A program made the position numbers and the translations under genes. Positions 58,602-64,000 of a DNA stretch of 64,000 nt are shown here, piece after piece. The number at the start of each line of letters is the position of its first letter. Within the stretch, counting starts at the first letter, position 1. The notes under the pieces are model-generated. The model had not been told where the DNA came from, made no database searches, and saw only the letters and a program-made list of their open reading frames with translations. Source of the DNA: Dimorphilus gyrociliatus (lineage: Eukaryota; Animalia; Annelida); contig CAJFCJ010000006.1 in NCBI GenBank assembly GCA_904063045.1, forward strand, positions 1,059,771-1,123,770, read 5' to 3'.

Positions 58602-59367
58602 ACCTCCATCTGTCTAAATGTGAAAATACGTAAATGTTGAAAGCTGTTGAAATCAATATTACTTTTGAAAAGAACAATTAATAACATTTAAAAATGATTA
58701 CTATTAACTCTTATTCACTTTAACAGTTACTGTAACCTTATTCTGACGACATTACAAATATACGGTGTCTTCTTTCCATAGGGTTTAAATTTCATATTTT
58801 TTGAGCCTTTAACGGGGAATCATCTATCAGTAATATAAATAAAAAGTTTTTGAGTGCAGGAGGCGCTTTAGTCAGATGCTTTTTTTTTATAACTTTACTT
58901 TTTTTGTAATCAATCTTTATTAACTAAACAATATTTCATTCTTGAGTTGAATGTTCTTTTTCCAATTATAAAATTCTTGTACCACCATCTCCGATTCTAA
59001 TAATAATATTGTAGAAAGTTTACATTGGAAATATTTTTTTGTAGTTATGGAAGAAATAATCAAAGTATTGAAAGATATACTCTGTCTGAGCTTCAAATGA
59101 AATCTAAAAGTTTAAATAAAAAGTTGTGTAGAACTCTTTAAAAAGATGTCAAAAATACATCAAAGTTCATATTTGTAACTTTAGAATATAAATAAGGGCT
59201 TATAGAGCTTTTAAATATTTTCAAATAATTTTCTGCTCATATATTAATACAAGTTTATTTCCGAGTTTCAAAGTATTTCGCACTGAAGGTATCCTAGTTA
59301 AACAGGAAAAGACTTAAATCTCCCATGATGCAATAACAAATGTCAAGGTCATAAAATAAACTCTACA

Positions 59368-61597
59368 ATGTCCGACTGGAAAGAAACCCATTTTACATCC
59401 ACCCCCAGAGATACTCGCCAAAATTTTCAAAGAGGCCAAGGAAATTTATCACCAAGGCTTAGCAGTCCATTGATTAAAACAACAAACGAAACTCGTAGAC
59501 CGGAAAGACCTAGAGGTTATACTTTAAATTCTATCGGTCATTAACTGTGTTCATTGGTTTTGTTTCAAAAGACAAAGAAACAATTTGATTTTAATAGCTA
59601 TAGCTCAAGAACACCAAGTAAAACATTTTTGTAATGTTTCGCTAACAAATCCATTAAATTTTTGAAGCCATTTGCTTGATTGTTCCTTATTAATAACCTA
59701 AATAAAATTGCAGCCTTAGCTCTTATTAAAGGCTCTGTTAATCGGAATAGAGGTTTAAATCCGTTGTTGCATGAAATTTAAATGCATGTTAGCATAGACG
59801 ATACATAGAGAAACTGGGCATCTGACTACTATTACATTTTTCTTAACTTTCAAAACATATTTCGCAAGTTTCTAAATAGGGGCATACAATGTTTATATTT
59901 TATATATAGGCAAATAGAATTGTTTTAATTTTCCATTTATATCAGTTTTTTTTAATATTGTATATTCATTTATTAGTGAATGGAATATTTTTTAAATTAC
60001 CTTTAAAACAATGCTCGATATTTTCCTTTTCATAATATTAATAAATAACAAAGTTTTTTTGTTTAACATACAGAATTTTACAATAGAGTAGCTGGTTTAG
60101 CTGTTGGGATCTCAAGGTACGTAAAAGCAATGTTTAAATACCTTACACAGGCCTATTAGAAAGTTAATTTTTAAAGTACAAAAATAATATTACTTTTTTT
60201 ATAGTGTATTTGCTGAGCATATCCTATCCCATCCATTCGTTATTTTAAGACGACAATGTCAAGTAATCATTATATTTTTTCCTCTTTTTTGATTGATAAA
60301 AGCTTTTAATATATTTTTATTTATGATAGGTTAATCATGAATCGTTACGGCATCATATAACACCGTTTACCTTAGTACCAGTAACCTATAATATAATATC
60401 TCATCAGGTAGGAATGAGTATGTACTTTTTATTGCAGGCTAATTAATTTTATTTTTATTTAGTCTTTATCGCCTTTTTGGAAAGGATTAAGTAGCAGTTT
60501 AATGGTTAAAGGTATATCTGTTGCTGTAGAATCTGCCATTTGTGAATTGACGCCCCTTCCAAAGTATGCATATAAATATCTAATGAGACAATAAAACTAA
60601 CAATATGAATGTTTTCATAGAGAAATAAACAGGCACAGCTCTTTGAAAACTATAGGACAGCATATACTATTGAAATGGTATGCTTTGCATTTTTATCTTA
60701 TTGAATTTAATTAATTAAGGTAATTAAGATATTTAATAGCTTCTTTCTCTTTTTACAGTATATCATATGCAGTAGCTTCACCGTTTTACATTTCATGTCT
60801 GATTGAAACTGTCCAGAGCGATGTAGCATCGGAAACTCCTGGTGTATTAGATGTGCTTCGGGATGGTATTTATAGAGTTATTGGTTACAACACAACGAAT
60901 AGACTTCTTCCTTTTTGGAAGTTGGTTCTGCCATGTGTAACATTTGGAGTTTTACATTATTCACTATCTAGTATTGTACAGCATACTGTCCTTATGTCGA
61001 TTAAACACGATCGACAAGAAAAAGATGAGAAACATTCTTTAGTGAACACTTATTATCCTGAATTGTTAAGTAATTGGACTTCAAGGTTTCTAACCGATCT
61101 TGTATTATATCCACTAGAGCTGGTCATTCATAGATTAGGTTTACAAGGTACAAGAACTCTTGTTGACGATATGGATAATGGAACGAATGTTATTCCAATT
61201 GTTTCAAGATATGAGAGTAGTGTTGATTGCTTTAGGACTATTATTCTTGACGAAGGAATGAGCGGTCTTTATAGAGGAATTGGCGCTCTCATGCTACAAT
61301 ATGCTGTTCATGGAGCTGTCGTTAGAGTAGCGAAATTATTTCTTGTGATTTTGTCAAGGAAAATTGATGATGGTGATGATGAAAATCAAGCTTATCGTAA
61401 TCCAAATTGGTCAATCGATAAAAGAATAAAGGAGTATCCCGTCAGCCAAAGAGAAGAAACAGAACAGAAAGTTCATCCAGTAAATTATACTGTACGGTTG
61501 GTATCAATTTAATTATTTCTTGCACATGAGGCTTACTAATATGTAATGATCTCAGGTACGCACCAGCTGGTGGAAAAATCAAGACAGTGCCATCTGA
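59368..61597 (+). CDS. SLC25A46: Mitochondrial outer-membrane carrier-like protein SLC25A46, multi-exon; last exon uncertain
   Basis: Spliced: NRVAGLAVGISSVFAEHILSHPFVILRRQCQV, FWKGLSS, VQSDVASETPGVLDVLRDGIYRVIG, RLLPFWKLVLPCVTFGVLHY, YPLELVIHRLGLQGTRTLVDDMDNG, GLYRGIGALMLQY. Confidence 0.9.
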
Positions 61598-61928
61598 ATA
61601 ACAATGGATTGTGGCATTTTCTGTTTAACTGATTTAATTTCAAATGGTCACTATTCTGGAGGATGTAGATAGAAATTAAGTTAATTGATAGCATTTAATA
61701 GGTAACATGAAATCGAATTTCATTCCAATTAAGACGTCATTGCTCTTACTATGTCATCTCATGTGGCTGCTTTTTCTTGAAGAGAGACAATATATCAAGT
61801 TTAAAAATAAATTTCTACTTATACTCAAAAAATGATGTATAAATATATATTTATATTTCAATAATTCTTATGAAAACAAATTAGTCTTAAGTGAATGTGA
61901 ATGAACAATATACAACAAATATATCCAG

Positions 61929-63864
61929 TTATTCATAAAATACAACATTGAAGTCGAAAAATCTAGGGTCCGATCTGTCTTTAATCTTTTTGTTAAGATG
62001 TTTGACGAATTTCAGAGTATCTTTATCTCTGTAGACTAGAGCGAGCGAGTTATTAACAGGATTTACCATTAATAGCTGTAAATAAGAAGTAGTATTATAA
62101 TTTTTTTCGTTAATTGTATTCAAAATTGATAATATCACCTCTTCATTTTCATCCTTAGCGATGTAGCTTGTGTAACCTCCACATTCGCTATCCCAATCGC
62201 GGCAAGAACTATAAAAAATAGCATCAAGAGCATAATACGATTGCTCTGTGTCATTGTCATGAACTAAAGTATAACTTCCATGCTCCCATTTTCTTACTTC
62301 AACAGAACACGTTGCTTCTGAAATGGACTTGATGATTAGATCTTTAGTATTTAATTTTAGGATCAACAAACCGCTTTCAGATTCCTCTTCTTGACCATCA
62401 GTTCGTTGAATCTTCTTCGGCTGCAGGGAGCCACTAGTATTTCTTGGTCTCTTTGATTCATTTGACTTTATTGGTGGCAAATGAGAGGCAAATTCAACTG
62501 CCTCTTCTTTGTCATCCATTCCTAAATCTGGAACAGCTTCATCAAATTCATCATCATCGTCTTCGTCGTCCTCCATGTCTTCATCACTAGAATCGTCAAA
62601 CTCAGCCAAATGATGATATTTTAAACCCGTAAAATTTGACACAGTCAAAAAGAACGCCTCTGATTTAAGAATATTGATAAATTCTTGTATTATTTCTGGC
62701 GATTCTTTAGGATCTCCTGAGTAATAGTTTCTTTTATTAGCTGGTCCTCTCTTAACCCATTTCATCTGCTCAGATTTGAGAGCTTCTTCAAGTGCGCTAT
62801 ATTTTTCATCCTATAATTTTAAATGATGTAGGAAAACAAGTATAAATATAATAAAGAAAAAAAACTTAGCTACCTGCAGAAAATCTTTTAATTCAATTTC
62901 CGAATCTACTTCGAATTTTCCTTTTATTTCTATTTGTACTTTACTTTGCAGATAGATAGGATTAATCCAACTCCTGAAGACATCCTCCTATGAAAAAAAA
63001 TTTAGTTAAAAACGATCAATGATTAACTAGATCGTCATACCGAAATCTGAGCTTGAGATAGTCTGGTTAATGTAGGTTCTAAATAGGGGGTTGGCCGTGG
63101 AAAGGGTGCTCCATAAAACCAACCATTGATAGATAGTCTTGTCTTATCCTTGGACAAAACTTCGGCAACCTAAATACGGATATAAAGTTACAAAGAAAAA
63201 GTAAAATAAATATTAATAAATTTAAATAACCTGATGAAAAGATATAGGAGAGACTTCAAAGAAAGATAACTGATTTTCAGAAGGTAATAATGATTCAATG
63301 ACATCTTTAGGTTGGTTATTATCTGACAAATGTTTAGTAAATTATAGAAGATCTGTTAATTATTCAAAGTGATTTAACACGAACCATCGGTGTCAAATAA
63401 GTCTAATGCTCCACCATCCTCTTTTCTCCAATGAGGAACTAAGTATAAAATAAATGCGATTCTTCGGCCTTCTAATTCATCATCATGACAGAGTAAGGAA
63501 TCTGTATATTCATATTTAGACCCAGTCATATCAACTTTGTCCAACAGCTGTATACCAGTTAAATTTGAGATCCAGTTTCTTACTTCGAGCTTGAATAGTT
63601 TTCTAAAATTTATGGAATATCGTAAAAATATAACTTTCCTTATGAAATAATAGCCTAGTTTCTACCTCAAAACTTTACCATAACCTGTGGACAGTTTTTT
63701 GAAATCAGAAGTCTGTTGAAATTTATATAAATCATTATTCTTTTCATAAAATATTTGTTCCTCAAGTTCTTTCTTAAGTTCTTTCACAAATTGTTGATTA
63801 TCCAAAAAGTTTGGGAGGCAGCAAGTTTGAAATGGCTTACTAACAATTTTCGCTTCTGTACTTT
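61929..63864 (-). CDS. OGFOD1: Prolyl 3-hydroxylase OGFOD1 (TPA1 family), 5' end outside the window
   Basis: [113 protein letters not shown]. Confidence 0.93.
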
Positions 63865-64000
63865 CTGCAATTTTTGTAAGTAATTTTTAAAAAGAAGCTA
63901 ACTTTAACAAAAACTAGATACTGGAGTCAGATTCTATTGTAGATCTTTATTAGTAACAATGTATTTCCTATTAGTTTTAATACAATTTAAAGAAAAGGAA

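Overview
This is AT-rich eukaryotic (animal, probably invertebrate) genomic DNA from a very compact genome. About 19 protein-coding genes are packed into 64 kb, with many short GT-AG introns (mostly ~50-70 nt), and the supplied ORF track therefore fragments most genes. I rebuilt exon chains by reading splice sites and recalling family motifs; no database search was run. Recognisable genes are nardilysin, UBE2L3, FAM135, an Ikaros/Hunchback-type zinc finger, an ankyrin-repeat protein, a Hillarin/KY-like transglutaminase-fold protein, CFAP90, MANBAL, a JmjC oxygenase, a copine, POLR1D, an SLC5A7-like transporter, a ~5,100-aa coiled-coil protein, USP35/38, MEPCE, a claudin/PMP22-like protein, SLC25A46 and a partial OGFOD1. 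I saw no tRNA, rRNA, CRISPR array or recognisable transposon, and no convincing novel multi-gene system. The best leads are: a small three-exon secreted protein with a GAG-attachment-like motif (22.1-22.5 kb); a giant AKAP9/pericentrin-like protein with 9.4-kb and 4.9-kb exons, internal repeats and no visible PACT domain; an IkB-like degron on the ankyrin protein; a copine whose C2B domain has lost all Ca2+ ligands; a membrane-anchored JMJD6-like enzyme; and a lipidation plus Tyr/Gln-rich N-terminus on a pseudo-transglutaminase.
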